DNA from: Perna viridis
Lineage: Eukaryota
Length of the DNA stretch: 64,000 bases
Assembly: GCA_037379345.1 (NCBI GenBank)
Contig: CM074517.1
Span: 48,034,577 to 48,098,576, forward strand
Reading direction: 5' to 3'
Below, one piece after another: positions 22,741-36,170 of this stretch (position 1 is its first letter; each line of letters begins with the position of its first letter). A model generated the notes under the pieces. The model was given only the letters and a program-made list of their open reading frames with translations. It made no database searches and was not told the origin of the DNA. Position numbers and translations under genes: made by a program.

Positions 22741-24689
22741 AAATATAACTTATATATATCCTTATTTTAAGGATTAGTCGTGTTAAACGATTTCGATCTT
22801 TAATGGATACCGACCGATTTTACTCCCATATAAAAAAAACCTTCACAAACCTTGCAACATATATATAGCTATCTATTTTTAGAAATTTAAATGCACACAA
22901 AAACAATGTCTCTGATGTGTGACTGGTCATCTCATGGATTTCAATTACGGACAGTTAGAAAGTATTAATCTACATTAAATGTTTATTTTACGATTCTCTT
23001 TTCTTCTTGAAATGACATCACAATGATTACGAACGTCTTCAATTCTACTCATGATCTGGGGACAAAGGTCACTAAAAAATTACCACCCAGCAGTAAGATA
23101 TCAAGCAGCAACCGCTTACAGAGTGCAACATTCTACAGTTTACTATGCCAATGTGGCCAATCTCCTTTCTATCTGACTAGTTTCTGTGTTATCTTCTGGT
23201 GACTGAGACGGGATTTAGTAGGTACTATATTATAGGAACAGGCTCAAGGTTTCATCAATCAATTCTCTTCTAAAGATCTGTCTCTATCCTTCTGATTTGA
23301 AGAGTTTTAGGTTGAAGAGGGCTTTTGAGGTGCGGTGTTTGGCAAAGGACAGGAGGATTTTTTCTTACTAGTTGAGTGTCATGTCATACCATAATAGTAG
23401 CTTATGTCAAATAGTACATATTTTTAGACTGAATGCATCAAAGCTTTGTCAAGATGTAAAAAAAAATGTCATTTTACTATTTTTCTAATAGTAAGTATTT
23501 TATTTTATTAAGTAACACGTTTTCTTATAAAAAATAATAGTTATTTTGTAGTAATATTTATTGTATTTATTATTATGCCTGTATCTGTAAACTTAAAATG
23601 AATATATTAAGAGTGTTTATGTCTTTAGTTTATGATACTACTGACTATTTACAAAATTCTGCTGCTCATAATATGTTGTTTGTGCTCTATGCGAAAGTGA
23701 CTAAAGCCCTAAAAATCCTAGCTAAAACCCTGTACTTAGAGGTGTATGCCTCTCACCTCAAAATGAAACTGTAAAGTGTATACATATGAACCTGAGACAA
23801 CTTATTTGTTGGTTAAATCTCCTGTTATCTAAAAATGACCTCCTGTCATACTGCTATATAGGAGAGTTCGCTAATCTCATTAATGATGTCTCATTCACTA
23901 ATTTGCATATCATTAAGTGTCAAATAAACAACTAAATAAACAATTAACAATTTCATGATTAGAATCCCAATTTTCAAAACTTTATAGCTTTGTTATTTTA
24001 CATCTGATTTTGGTTCTGTAAAATGTTTCATTCACATAAAAGAATTCATATTTTGTATGTGAATTTATCATGTTTTACTTGCAGAATAAATTTGAAACGA
24101 TATTTATATGTAAACCTCTATTTCCATATAAAATTGTCTTTAAAATTTCATGCTCATATAGCCTAATTACTGAATATTTAAAAATACCATGGATAAAAAG
24201 AGTTTTATTGGCAGTTTAGGGAACCAAAGGAATTTTTCAATCATCTTAAAAAACAAAAAAGCTATGATGATTTAAAGTCGATGCCCCATGCCACTCAATG
24301 GATTTTTTGCCAACTAAATTTAGTCTAAAACCAAATTACAGGTAAATTATGACATCCAGAAGAACTCTCCTATTGGTCCCCCGTTTATTTGAAAATTACC
24401 CTGTTTTATTGTCAACACTGCTGTGGTATTCTGTTTTCACTGGTATGGTGACAATAAAAACAGGTCAAACAACACATATAAGAAAAAAATATATTATTTT
24501 CATTACCAGGTATGAAATTTTTCTTTTTCCATATCTCATGAAATTTTTAGAACATTTAAAATACTCCATAATATTTAATTATGGAAGGAGCAACAAGGAG
24601 CTTAATATCTTATCAATACGTACTGTACTTTCAATGGGAGAAACTCCCAATAATGAATCCGTATTTCAGAGCTTCATACAGTAGTTTGT

Positions 24690-24856
24690 TTACCTTTTTG
24701 AAATGTCAAATCTGGCGCGTTTTACAAAGGTCAAGGCCAAATCACAGTTTTCTATTTCCGGTTGTCAAAAAACGAGGAGTGCTAGATTGCAGACGTTTTT
24801 TGAGGAAATAATACAATGTTCTAGCATTTAATTTGGTTGGGCTTTGATAGGTATAT
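24690..24856. promoter_or_regulatory. Candidate divergent promoter/first exons B (CHR/E2F/ETS motifs)
   Basis: TTTGAA 24697-24702, GGCGCG 24714-24719, AAGGTCA 24727, ATTTCCGG 24754; minus donor AAG|gtaaac at 24693 and plus donor TAG|gtatat at 24851. Confidence 0.5.
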
Positions 24857-25122
24857 AATCTCTTCTTTATTCCATAAATTGCTTCAGTAAACAATTAATC
24901 ATTTACTCATAAATTAAAGAAAAATGACTGCTCCTGTTATAAATTTTGATCACCGGCGAAGGCACATGTAGGCCGGTTATTTTGTAATATATATGTGAAA
25001 GTTATTGATAATTGTCAGGAAAAAGTTCCTGTCACCGGGTGTAAAATAATTGGTAGTTCGCTTGCCCGATATAAGTGAAATCTGCCCAGGGCAAGTCAAG
25101 ATCACGGGCCATGGCTACTTTG

Positions 25123-26841
25123 GGATCAATTAACTTGTCTGCCAACATTCAATCATTGGCAACAATCCTTGTATAAAAATCATGTATAGGGATTGTTGAA
25201 TTTTTCAAAATGCTATAAATATACCGACTAAGAGAGTATTTCTTAATATTATTTTAGGATTGTAACATAAAACTAATATAATTTAATATTTATTTTTCAG
25301 ACATATATATGAAATGGAAAATTACAATAGCACTGACAAAAAGCAAAACAGTAACATAACAATTTAAGCATATCAAAGTTTTCATAGATAATTAAAACTG
25401 TCTGTATACAGGTGATGTAAGAAGGGTCAGTCTTGTCTGGTCTATGGTCTTGGTCTCCTTCGATCCGTGGTCCTTAAATTTGTCAATGGTGTCTCTGTTT
25501 TCTGTAATTTCTGTCCGCAGTTGTTGTTTGGTCATGGTAAGAATCGTCTTTATCTGCTGCTGTGTCTGGAATGTCTTCTGTATAGTGGCTGTGTTGTCAT
25601 GTCTGGTGGTTGTAGTCATTCTTTTTCTGTATGTGTATTGGGTCTCATAGGGGTTGAAAATTCCTAAAGCCCGACGCCCGGGACTAAAAAAATTGCACCT
25701 CAAGACTTGCCGTTTTTCAATGAAATAAGTCCGTCTTGCATGGCAAATCTTAAAAAATTAAAAAACTTTTTTTTGAAAGGTTTTGTTGTCATTATTTGGA
25801 CCATGTTTCTCGATCTATTCCCTGACCTATAAATAGTTATAACTTTATTTTCAGAATGGGTATTCACTAGATCGATCTATTGATTAGTCATTCTCATGTC
25901 TGAATCACACCTGCGCTTGATCAGAAGCATTTTTTGACATACTACAAATTTTATTAATCAAGCTCTGGAATGATAAAGATCAAATTTCGTTGATAAACTT
26001 TTGAGGAAAATATTATTGCTCAATTACAATTTCATGGTTAAAAAAATGCAGAAATGAAAAGCTGATGACAAGGCATCAGACGTGGAGACGGAATCAATTG
26101 ACACTGTCTTCTTCCCTGCAAACATAGAATTATACATAAGGATATCAGATAACAAAATTGCATTTATATCGATTGGGACTCGACACAACATTGTTTGGGC
26201 TTAGTTTACAAAAGATGAAAAAATCAGGGCTCTGGTTTTCCCAAAAAATGTTCAACCCCTCTCGCAGTAGAAGTCCTTTTTCTGTTGACTGTGTGTCCGG
26301 CCCCAGGTTCTGTGAATGGTTTCTGTGTGGCCTGTGTTGGGTTGTAGTCTTTTGAATGTTGTCTCCAAAGTGTTACAGCAAGTGTCTTGGCATTGGTACT
26401 TGACGGTATGGTGGAGTTGTTGATGTCTTAGGTAAAGTCTGCTGCCCAGGCTGGTGCTTTAAGTGTCTGTCCGAGTCTGTAAATCTGTGTAAGTTGTTCA
26501 ATTCATAGTTTTTTTTTAATTAAAGCCAATATGGCATGCATATTAAGATTAAGAATTACAAAGTTCAAAGAGGTTAATTAAGTTTTTATCAAAACACACA
26601 CCAAGCTTAGACTAATTTCATAATTTGGAAAAAAATGTTCCATATTACCAAAAAAAAATCTTATTTTTTCTCTCAAAAGTGTTCAATATTTGAATAAGTA
26701 ATATTTATAAAAAAATTGCAACAATCTTTATAAATCATGTTTTACATAATAATACATATAACAATCCTTTTACAATCCTTATATACAATCCGTGTACTAA
26801 ATTTTTATACAAGGATTGTTGGCAGACAAGTTAATTGATCC
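25123..26841. mobile_element. 1.7-kb non-autonomous TIR DNA transposon with 8-bp TSD
   Basis: TIR ggatcaattaacttgtctgccaaca / tgttggcagacaagttaattgatcc; exact TSD ctactttg at 25115-25122 and 26842-26849; subterminal ACAATCC repeats. Confidence 0.9.
25648..26261. mobile_element. hAT-like MITE nested in the TIR element
   Basis: Termini aggggttgaa / ttcaacccct; TSD not clean. Confidence 0.55.
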
Positions 26842-29532
26842 CTACTTTGTTTCTTTGGTTTTATTTATTTTTAGATGCCTAACCAAATGTTGACATATTC
26901 TTTTCAATCATACTTCCTCAGGGTCAATTTTATTGGTCGAATCATACGAAATAGGCCATACTTTTGAAACCATTTTCAACAATCCAGCGCGTAGATTTCA
27001 ACATCATGGAAGGCTGATTGATAGAAATACCCAAAAGGGTCAATCAAAATGCTTTTGCAGCGTATTAAAGCTGAAAATTTTTAAACAAGTGAAACTTTCG
27101 TCAGATTGAAAGATTACAGAAATAATAGGAACAAAACAATGAGAGCAAATTTGCTTCTGAAGCAGCAGATGCCTACAATCATTTGTGCAAGTTGATAGAT
27201 CTAAATTATGAAAATTAAAATTATCTAAATTTACTAATAGGCTAAATCTAAATATTTTCTACAGATTACCTTATGTACTTATTTATGCAGTGTACAATTA
27301 TCTTTAAAAACCTTCATTTTGAACGATACTTGGTACATTGTATGAAAATACATAAAAAAAATATTTAAAAAACAGTGTTAACTGGTTCAGCAAAATGTGA
27401 TCTTCCTTCTAGACCATGATAATTTCCATACATATTAACAATTTAAAATTAAACTTTCTGTTAAAAAATTGGGTGTTTGAAACTTTGAAATCATCTGCCT
27501 GGAGATTTTGCTTCATTTACCTCAGAGTTTATTCAACTTCATTGATATGCAATGTTATGTTGTTATATCGCTGATGTCCCAATCCAAAGAAATATGAGAG
27601 ACCCCCTATAACCATATATGAAGTTGTGAAACACATGATGCAGTGCTCGCCTTTAGCCACTAGCCAAAAGCCCGGGGTAGTAAAAATTGATTTGGGCTAG
27701 TGAAATGATGTGTACCTTTCTTGTTTCGGGCTATATAGTCATTGAGAATTTTGAATGAAAGGATTGATGTTGTGGGTCTGTGTTAAAAGTTCAAACAATC
27801 ACATCCAAACTACATACGCCACTTCTGAAGTACGTTCTTTTGAGTTACTCCTATTTTGACAGAGGATTTACATATATAGGATGTCACTAACATTCTTTTG
27901 TTATACATGTAGAACTCTTATTTTGAGCTACATACAGCATTTTACAGGAGATAGGATTTCAAACTTTTGTGGTTTAGCACACATATGTATGATTTTTACT
28001 TGTATATAGCCTTAGAATGATTCATTATAAATATGCACCTTTATCACATTCCAGTCGAAAACATTCCATTGAAATCTGATTTTGTTTACTATAAAGAATG
28101 TTAAAGAATGGCCCTCTAAATGCAACTCACAGAATCATTATAAATTGGCTATTATCAAAACTTTAATCCCAAGCAGTAAAGCTGCTAGACCTCAAGATTC
28201 ATAATGTAGTGTTACAACAAACAGTAACTTCACCCCTGAGAAAATCTCCCTTTGTGAACATTTTAATGCAATCTCTTCCAGGGTTGTGCCAATTCTGAAT
28301 TTCTAGATGGATCACTGACACTGTACTGTCATGACTGTACCCAGGTGCCCCCCCCCCCCCTAAAATTTGCAAAGCATGGGTTGTCAGGGGTAGATTTAGG
28401 CATTTTTAGGTTGAAACTTTAATTTCTTGCTAATTTACCACAAAAGATATCTACATTGCGCCCACTCTGGAAGAAGATTAAAAAATTTAACCTCAAAAAT
28501 TTGTTCTGTGAAATTTTAACTGTGCGCCCCCCTAATCTAAAATCCTGGATCCACTCCTGGTACTCTTTATATCGTTTCAGAGATTGTTATTTTTCTGGTC
28601 AAGTCTACAATATTAGGACAAGTACATCATTAATTCCTTATCTGTCACATTTAAGGACAAGTCATCGTTAATTTTGGTGCAAGACTTACATGTACTGACA
28701 ATAGAACAAGTAACTTATAAAAAGTAAATATTCATTTCTTGTTTTCTTATTTTCTGTTTAGATATTATAAAGTAACCCTGAGTGACAGTCTAAACATTCA
28801 GATGACCATTAGTTTATGCATACCCATTGACATTTATTGAGAGAAATTATAGAAATTGAAAATAAATCTCCAGGCTTATAAACTTGAAACCTATTTGTGA
28901 TTAAAAGAGACAATCAAAGTTCAATACAGCTTTTTATAAAAGCCAGTTAGGACAGACTTAATATTTAATCTTAAATGAATGTATATCCTCATGATTAAAT
29001 TTGTGGTGATCTGAGGTCTAGCACTCTTAATTTTTGACATAGGACCTTTAAAGTTTCATTTACCTGGGTCCTGGACCTTTAAAACTTTTCACTAACACTT
29101 TATTGAGGTCTTTTGGTTTTCCTGAAATGGACCATTGATTTCAATTTAAACTTGGTAAAGTTCAGGACTACAGGAGAAATTCAGCACTGTTTCTATTTTT
29201 TCCCAATACTAACCTTTTCAAAATAACCTCTCTTTTATTACTATTTTTTTTTCTTCCAATTTGGCAAACTTTAGGGGAGGAGTATTTGTCCAAATTAAAT
29301 ACAAAACTACAATCTAATCTGGTTGCTTTAGTGTTTATATGTCTGACAAACTGCATCATAAAACACAATGGAATACCGCCATAAGAATGTTATTGCCTTA
29401 AAAAATAAGAAAAAAAGTATTAAAAATTTCAAGTACTTAGATGGGACAAAAAAAAACAAGGTACTGCTGAGTGTTTCGAAAGTTAAACTGTAAAAAAAAT
29501 GTTCAATATTATAAAATAATTATTTTTATTTT

Positions 29533-29647
29533 TTCTTATTTTTTCTCTCAAAAGTGTTCAATATTTGAATAAGTAATATTTATAAAAAAAAAATTGCAAC
29601 AATCCTTATAAATCATGTTTTATATAATAATATAACAATCCTTTTAC
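29533..29647 (+). mobile_element. Fragment of the same TIR element family
   Basis: Near-identical to 26660-26772. Confidence 0.8.
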
Positions 29648-30744
29648 ACAAACTGCCTTCCCATTTCAAGTTGCAATCCACAAATATTCTGAAAAAGTTT
29701 TAATCACGTGAATGGAATTTTAAATAGTCAACTTTCACATTTCTTTATTAGATGTCCAGTGTGCAACGCCTATTTTGTTTTTCTATCTGAATGATTTGTA
29801 AGGCTTCACCTATCTAGTTTTCTGATAAAAAGGAAGACTTAAGAGAACTTTACAGAAGCTTATACAACATACAGACCTAAGTCATTTTTCTAGGTGTATA
29901 AATTTATGCATGATAATTATAATTAGGAACATTTTTGCACTAGTTCATGACTTAGGGAAATCTAGAAAGTCTATTGATTTGTAATACTGTATTTGATGCA
30001 GGGATGATAATTTCAGCCCTTAATTGTGGCTTTTATTTTAGATAAAAAGTGAATGGACTTTAAGGGTTTTGCTCAAAGTTTATTTTAAAATCATTATTAG
30101 CGGTAACATATATGCCCTTGCCATCATCCTTTTTATTTATGTTGGACATGTTTAATTTTCTTTCGCCATGCTGACTGTTATCTTAGCTGATTGGGGAAAA
30201 ATGCTTTAGAAGACTCAAGACAATTTGTTTTCTCTTGGGCTGGTTAGTTTGCAGGGTCTGGCTTCATAAAAATTTCATCAAGTTCTCATTATATGTGATT
30301 ACAGATCAATATGGGATAAAAATAGTGTTCTATAATTTTCATTTACTGTTACCCATGGTAAGTGAACATTTAGTAAGGGAAATATGTTCCTTTTGTTGTT
30401 CCACTTTTCTTTTGGCTAGTAGAAAGGGAGCGTTGAAAATTTTCAAAAAATTGCAGAACACTCTTAGAAAACCAAATCCCAGTTTTTTTTTTGTTTTTTT
30501 GTTTTTGTTTTTATGAAATGATAAAGTTTTCAGTACAGTAAAGAGTTGCTACTTTATTTTATGGAAGGTTTTCACTATACTATGTAACTTAAAAACAAAA
30601 CAAACCAAAACTTTATGAACAAAAGATATATAATCACATATACTGATCAATTAAACTACTTAAATATTACCAATAATATAAAAGTAAGCTATTTATCTTG
30701 TTATATAGAGGCAATGTTGGTTATTAAACTTTTGTTATTTATAG

Positions 30745-30795
30745 GTGATGGTTTAAAAATCCCAAAGGCTGTACAAGCCTCCTCCCTGCACAAAG
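30745..30795 (+). other. Probable 5'UTR exon of the PAQR gene
   Basis: tttgttatttatag acceptor and AAG|gtaagt donor, 51 nt, same strand upstream of the CDS. Confidence 0.55.
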
Positions 30796-31081
30796 GTAAG
30801 TTTATACACATGAAGAAAATATTTTCTTGATATGATCAGGTAGGCATAGATAATATCAGGTATATGTAATCATTATGTAGGTGATACATTTTTAAATATT
30901 ATTGAAGAAAGTATGAAATGCAGGGAAGATTCAGGCCAGAATCAGGCTTTGAATGGTCATGATACAGTATTAATTTAAGTTCATAAAGAAATTGCAAGAT
31001 TACAAATGTACTGAAAAATGTTGGTCTTGATAAGTATAGTACATGTATTTGATTTGTTTTAACTGCTATGTGTGTACACTA

Positions 31082-31393
31082 TACCTACCTACCTAGTCTT
31101 TGTTGAAATAGAGGCACATAGAGCAAAGACTAGCCTTTTTCCATCTTCTCTATCCCATCTTACTCCAGGTCATTCTCTCATCTTAGTTTCTGCCTAACGG
31201 TTCACTTTCAGGTGTTCTGTGGGCCATCCTGTTTCTGTTTACCTTCTGGGGTCCATCTCAGAGGCACTCTGATGATGTTGTTAGTTGGTTTCCTCAGCCC
31301 AATCCATCGCCATCCATATTTCTTAAGTAAGGGGCACATGTTTGAGTTGTCATTTTCGCAGGACAGAATATCCTCAAGATCTTTCTTGTGCAT
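31082..31393 (-). mobile_element. RTE-clade LINE 3' fragment
   Basis: WRWIG.LRKP.NNIIRVPLRWTPEGK motif and a (taggtagg)n tail. Confidence 0.8.
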
Positions 31394-32054
31394 CTGTGAA
31401 AGTACACTGTACAGTACAGTACTTATTCATTGTGCACTTTCTGATACTTTGCCCCAAATCATATTTTCATATTTTTTTTAAATTAAAAATTACCGTACTA
31501 AATTAATCTAGTAATAATCAATTCAGGCAGATGGAAATTCAGTAAAATTTTGCTAACTTCTTGGAAAAAGTTCATTGGATAATAGAATAGAATTTTTTGC
31601 CACAGACTTGTTTTTTTTTGTTTTTTTTTGTTTTGTAAAATGTCACACAGACATAATAGTGTTAAAAACTTTAAAGGTAAGTTGACTCACAGGCTTAATG
31701 AGTCACTGTCAAGCATAAAATCTGTTATATAAATATAGATATTTGTTTAATGGTTCATTTTTAAAATAATACATGTCACCATATTGATAATGATCTGTTT
31801 ATTTTATTACTTGCATGTGTTTGTGTTGTTTCATTTCTAAATAAAAACTTTATACAGTTAACCAGTTTGCTGAAATTATAACCAGTATTAATCATTAGTC
31901 AAGTATGCATCTTTAAAATGACTTTGGGCTTCCTTGATTTAAATGCTTTAATCTTATTGTTCATACTAAGGCCATTTTATCTGTTTTATCATAAAAAAAA
32001 TAGATAACTTTAAACTTGAGTCATGTTTGTAGTATCTCTGTTTACATGATTTAA

Positions 32055-32367
32055 GTACCATTCTGTGTAAGAATCAGGCAATGGGTGGCACATCATAATT
32101 CTCAATTTGGTCTTTTTATTCAAGACATTTAGAAAATGACTTAAAGGCTATTCAAATTTGTCCTGAAGCAGCTGTTACATCGATATTTTTTACTGTTATA
32201 TAGGGAAAAAGTGCTGAAAAATTTTCCCGTCATTTTTCCATAGTGCATTTCAACTGAATATCTGAACACCTTGATAGTTATTTCTGGAGGTTATCAAATG
32301 TCTGTGTTTTTATCTTCATGTGTCACACCTTAGTCACATTTTGCCTGATTCTTAGACGAAACTGTAC
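32055..32367. mobile_element. TTAA-flanked MITE, copy 2
   Basis: Same TIRs and interior as 15793-16154. Confidence 0.75.
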
Positions 32368-34384
32368 TTAAAATGTTTACAGTTGATAAAACAGTGTCCC
32401 AGCTACCCTGTAACATAACATGTGAATATATATTCATCTAACCTTTAGAAGTAAATGATGCAATTCATTATTTCAGTCATAACTGTCTTTTTGTCTAAAA
32501 CCCTTTGATTTCTGTTTTAGTGACACTTAAGTGTTGACTTTCACCACAAAATAGTCAATTAACAAACATTAAATAATCATACAATTAATTATACCTCCAC
32601 TCAAAAAAATATTGATATCACCTTGTCTGTTTTTTTGTTTTGCAATTATCTTGTCTCCCAATGCATGAATTAATTTCAAACTTCAAATAGAAAAGGCATA
32701 CATATACGTTGTATGTGATTTTGAATGCTGTCAAAGGCGTAGCACCCTAGTCTCGATTGGTACGAGGGGTAACAACACATATGCTTGAATTTGTTTCAAT
32801 TAGTTACAAAGTAAAATACCCTGTTTTTTTTTCTTTTTTTTAAATTTTGACAAGAATTTTAAGTACTGCATTTCATACCAACAAAAATTATTGGCACTGC
32901 TCCAGTGGTACCTGCCTTACCAGGCATTATGGCCCCTGATATTAACTTCCAGTTTCATGGGACTTTGCCATTCTATATGGAATAATATTGAAAATTTTTA
33001 TTACAGAGATCTCAGCTCCCAATGGATGGATTTGTAGGAAATTTGGTTTGATGCCTTATATAGATAGGGCATACTTTTTAAGCAATTTTGACATCAACAT
33101 CTGGTATGAGCGGGGGTATATCTTGTATTACAACATGTTCGACTTAATGTTTTACCTGTAGTGTACTGTAAAATCTGCCCATGATATTTAATTTTTTTAA
33201 GCATGTAAAAAATTTCCCTCTTTTCTGGTATTTATACACTTATCTGTAAAAACATGTCAATATGGTATACCTTAGTATGTGCATTCATCTGTTTGTCATT
33301 CACACTTCATACTATGACTCAAAAATGTTGCCACCAATTTTTCTGAAACTTTGATTATTTTTTTCTTATGATTGATGTGAGCTTCCTATCAATTTTGATA
33401 AATTTTCAATTTTTGGTTTCTGAATTATGTGACTTTATTTGTACAAAAATGGGGTGATTTTCTGTTTTGTACAATAATTCAAAAACCCTTGCAGTAATTT
33501 CAATGAAAATTTGGTGAATTGTTTCTTTGTACTGAAGAAAACTCTCTTTTATTTTTTTGAAAATTTGTGATTTTACAATTTAAGGTTACGGGACTTAATT
33601 CATAAAAAGGGGAGATTGCACAGTTTTCAAACTATAACTCAATAATGATTGCACCTATTTTTCTGAAACTTTGGTGAATTGTTTAGTTGAATTTGATGTG
33701 AACTCCCATTGATTTTTATACATTTCTGATATTTTATTTTTGAGTTATTGGACTAAAAAGGGGGTGGAGGGATTTCTTATATTTGCACAGTAATTTGAAA
33801 TTTCATGAAACTTTGTTGAGTAGTTTATTTTTATTTATGTAAACTCCCTTTTGATTTTTTTCTGTATTTCCCAATATGAATATATTACACAAACTGCCTC
33901 AAATCATTGTTCAATGATGTTGCCATTTGCCAAAGCAGGCATGTCCTTTATGTTTAACAACAGTCATAATAGTAACCAGAAACAAGCATTTTCCTGATAT
34001 TCAGATAATAACTTGAGTGGTGAAAGTAAATAGATCTCTATGAAAATGTACCAAAGGTGTCATACCTCCAAAGGAAGGTTGGGATTAACTTTTGTGGTTG
34101 TCCTTATTGGAGAATTCTGGTCTAAATATTTTCCTCTGTCAAATATTTAGTTACAAGCAAAATTTATAGCTGTATCAAGCTTGACTTGCCCTAACTGTTC
34201 ATGGTTTGACCACTGCAGTCATATCAAACTACTCCCTGTGAAGCATTTTATTTTATTTATTTGTCGTAAACTTTCCACTTTTGTGAAAACCTTGTTCCTC
34301 ATAGTGTACTTATCAAACAAGTTTACAATCTGTTGGTTATACATTTAAGTAGCACTCAAGCTAAAAATCATGCAAAATGTGAAT

Positions 34385-34877
34385 CTAGGTTGGAAAGGCC
34401 ATGTGAGCTATTGCCATCACTTGGCATCTGTCATTGTCATTGTCGTCGTCATCTGTTAACAATTTTTCAAAAATCTTCTTTGAAATTACTGCGGGGAATT
34501 ATATGAAACTTTGCACAGATGTTCCATAGGGTATCATGCACAAAAATTGTGTTTAGATTATTAATCTGTCCAAAAAATAGCCACTGTTAGTTCAAATAGA
34601 ATATAAGAGTCAGACAGTCGTTTTTCGCATATATCTCCAAAACTGTTAGGTTTAGCCAAATTCTGACATAGGGTAAAAGTGTTCAGCATGATGTGATGTA
34701 TCTTGAAAATTATGTTAGATAGAAAGAAACTTTCAATTGCTGAAATGATCCTGGTGATTAGTCCTACCAAAGTGTTCTTGAGTCAAAATTGTTAGACAAC
34801 TTCTTGTTAAATTTGTTGCCATTGAAAGACAAACATTAACCATGTGAGTGATTCAGGCTCCTGGCAGCCTCTTGATT
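34385..34877 (+). mobile_element. HINE-type element
   Basis: gtgagctattgccatcacttggc-(gtc)n start and gtgagtgattcaggctcctggcagcctcttg end. Confidence 0.65.
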
Positions 34878-35373
34878 TTGATATTTTGTTTAAAATGTTA
34901 TTTTAAACAGAAATTAACATGTGGCTTTTCAAATAGCCCCTGTTCCTAGGAGATAAAATTATAAAGAATTCAACATTAAGGGAGGTACCTATAAAAATGA
35001 TACTGAACCACATTATCTCCTGAGAGCAGACAGATTGGGATGAATGATGATACGTTTCGTCATAAAGACCCAAAAAAACCAACTTAATAACAAAAATATA
35101 TAGCCTTTTTTGGGGGGTGTATGACATATGGATTATATGCATGATTCTTATCTAGAGTTTTACTTAAAAGCTTGTATCATAAGTAATAGTATGTATATGG
35201 TGAAGCTATCAATTTTCAATCAAAATGGAAATGACTTGTTAAAATATATATATGTGAACATGTTTTCTAAAGAATTTAAAGACTGCCTTTCAAGGCTTAT
35301 TGAGTTTAAATTATTATTTTTGTATTACCTTTATACATGGGTATTCTTATTCCTATCCCATGTTATTCTATAG

Positions 35374-35415
35374 GTGTTTGAACTGTTCAGACTTTGGTTT
35401 ATTAACTTTGGACAG
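35374..35415 (+). other. Probable 5'UTR exon of the PAQR gene
   Basis: tgttattctatag acceptor and CAG|gtaaaa donor, 42 nt. Confidence 0.5.
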
Positions 35416-35699
35416 GTAAAAATGTAAGCTATATTTTCTTTTGATTTGTCTGGTAGTTAATTTTTGTATTTAATTAACATTTTCAATCCCCATATCTGAA
35501 ATCTAGTTGGGGAGGGGGCAGCTATATATATATAAACTACCATGTCTATATAATGAATTTAAATCTGTATTTGAGAATGAATTCCTTGTATCGGTTGAAA
35601 AATTTTGTGAATGTTATTTTGAGTTTGTGATATTGAAAACCCTGATATAGTAATTTCTTGGTTATATATAGATTCATTTCATTAAAATTCGGAACATTG

Positions 35700-36170
35700 T
35701 TACAAATATGAGCAAATCAAACCAATTGTAATATATAACACCATATGATGGTGACAAGGGTCTTTTTTATTCTAGCCATAAATTCTGATTCGTAGCAGTA
35801 CAGAAAGAGGTCGGCAATAAGTAGTACACAATTGATCTCCATTGGAATTCCAATTAATTGACGGTAAAGGGTTTTGCCAAAGCCTATGAAAATGTTGTCT
35901 AACAGGAATTTGAATGCTGTAAGCATATCAAAAGAATTTTAGTTAATGTAGTTTTTTATGTTTTTCATAACTAAAATATGATTTAAAACAATTCGAATGA
36001 ATGTATTTCCATCCCAATTTATTGAATGACCATTTGATAAGATATGTGAATTTATGAGATTATGTGGAAGTGTAGTGTGTGAAGTAGAAAAAATAGAACT
36101 CTGAACAGATTCAAAAGATCCCACATTGGTGTGTAATTTATCTAGGACTTCTAGCGAGTTGTGGAGACTA
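35700..36170 (-). mobile_element. Penelope-like (Naiad-type) RT fragment
   Basis: FSTxHTTLPH and FLLDNIFIGFGKTLYRQLIGIPMEINCVLLIADLFLYCYE. Confidence 0.8.

Noticed and set aside
23020-23400. Coding-like stretch between the two candidate promoters
   Set aside because: Stops in the frames I read and no identifiable motif; probably a decayed TE.
28348-28360. C13 homopolymer as a G-quadruplex regulatory site
   Set aside because: Lies in what looks like a common MITE-type repeat; no independent support.
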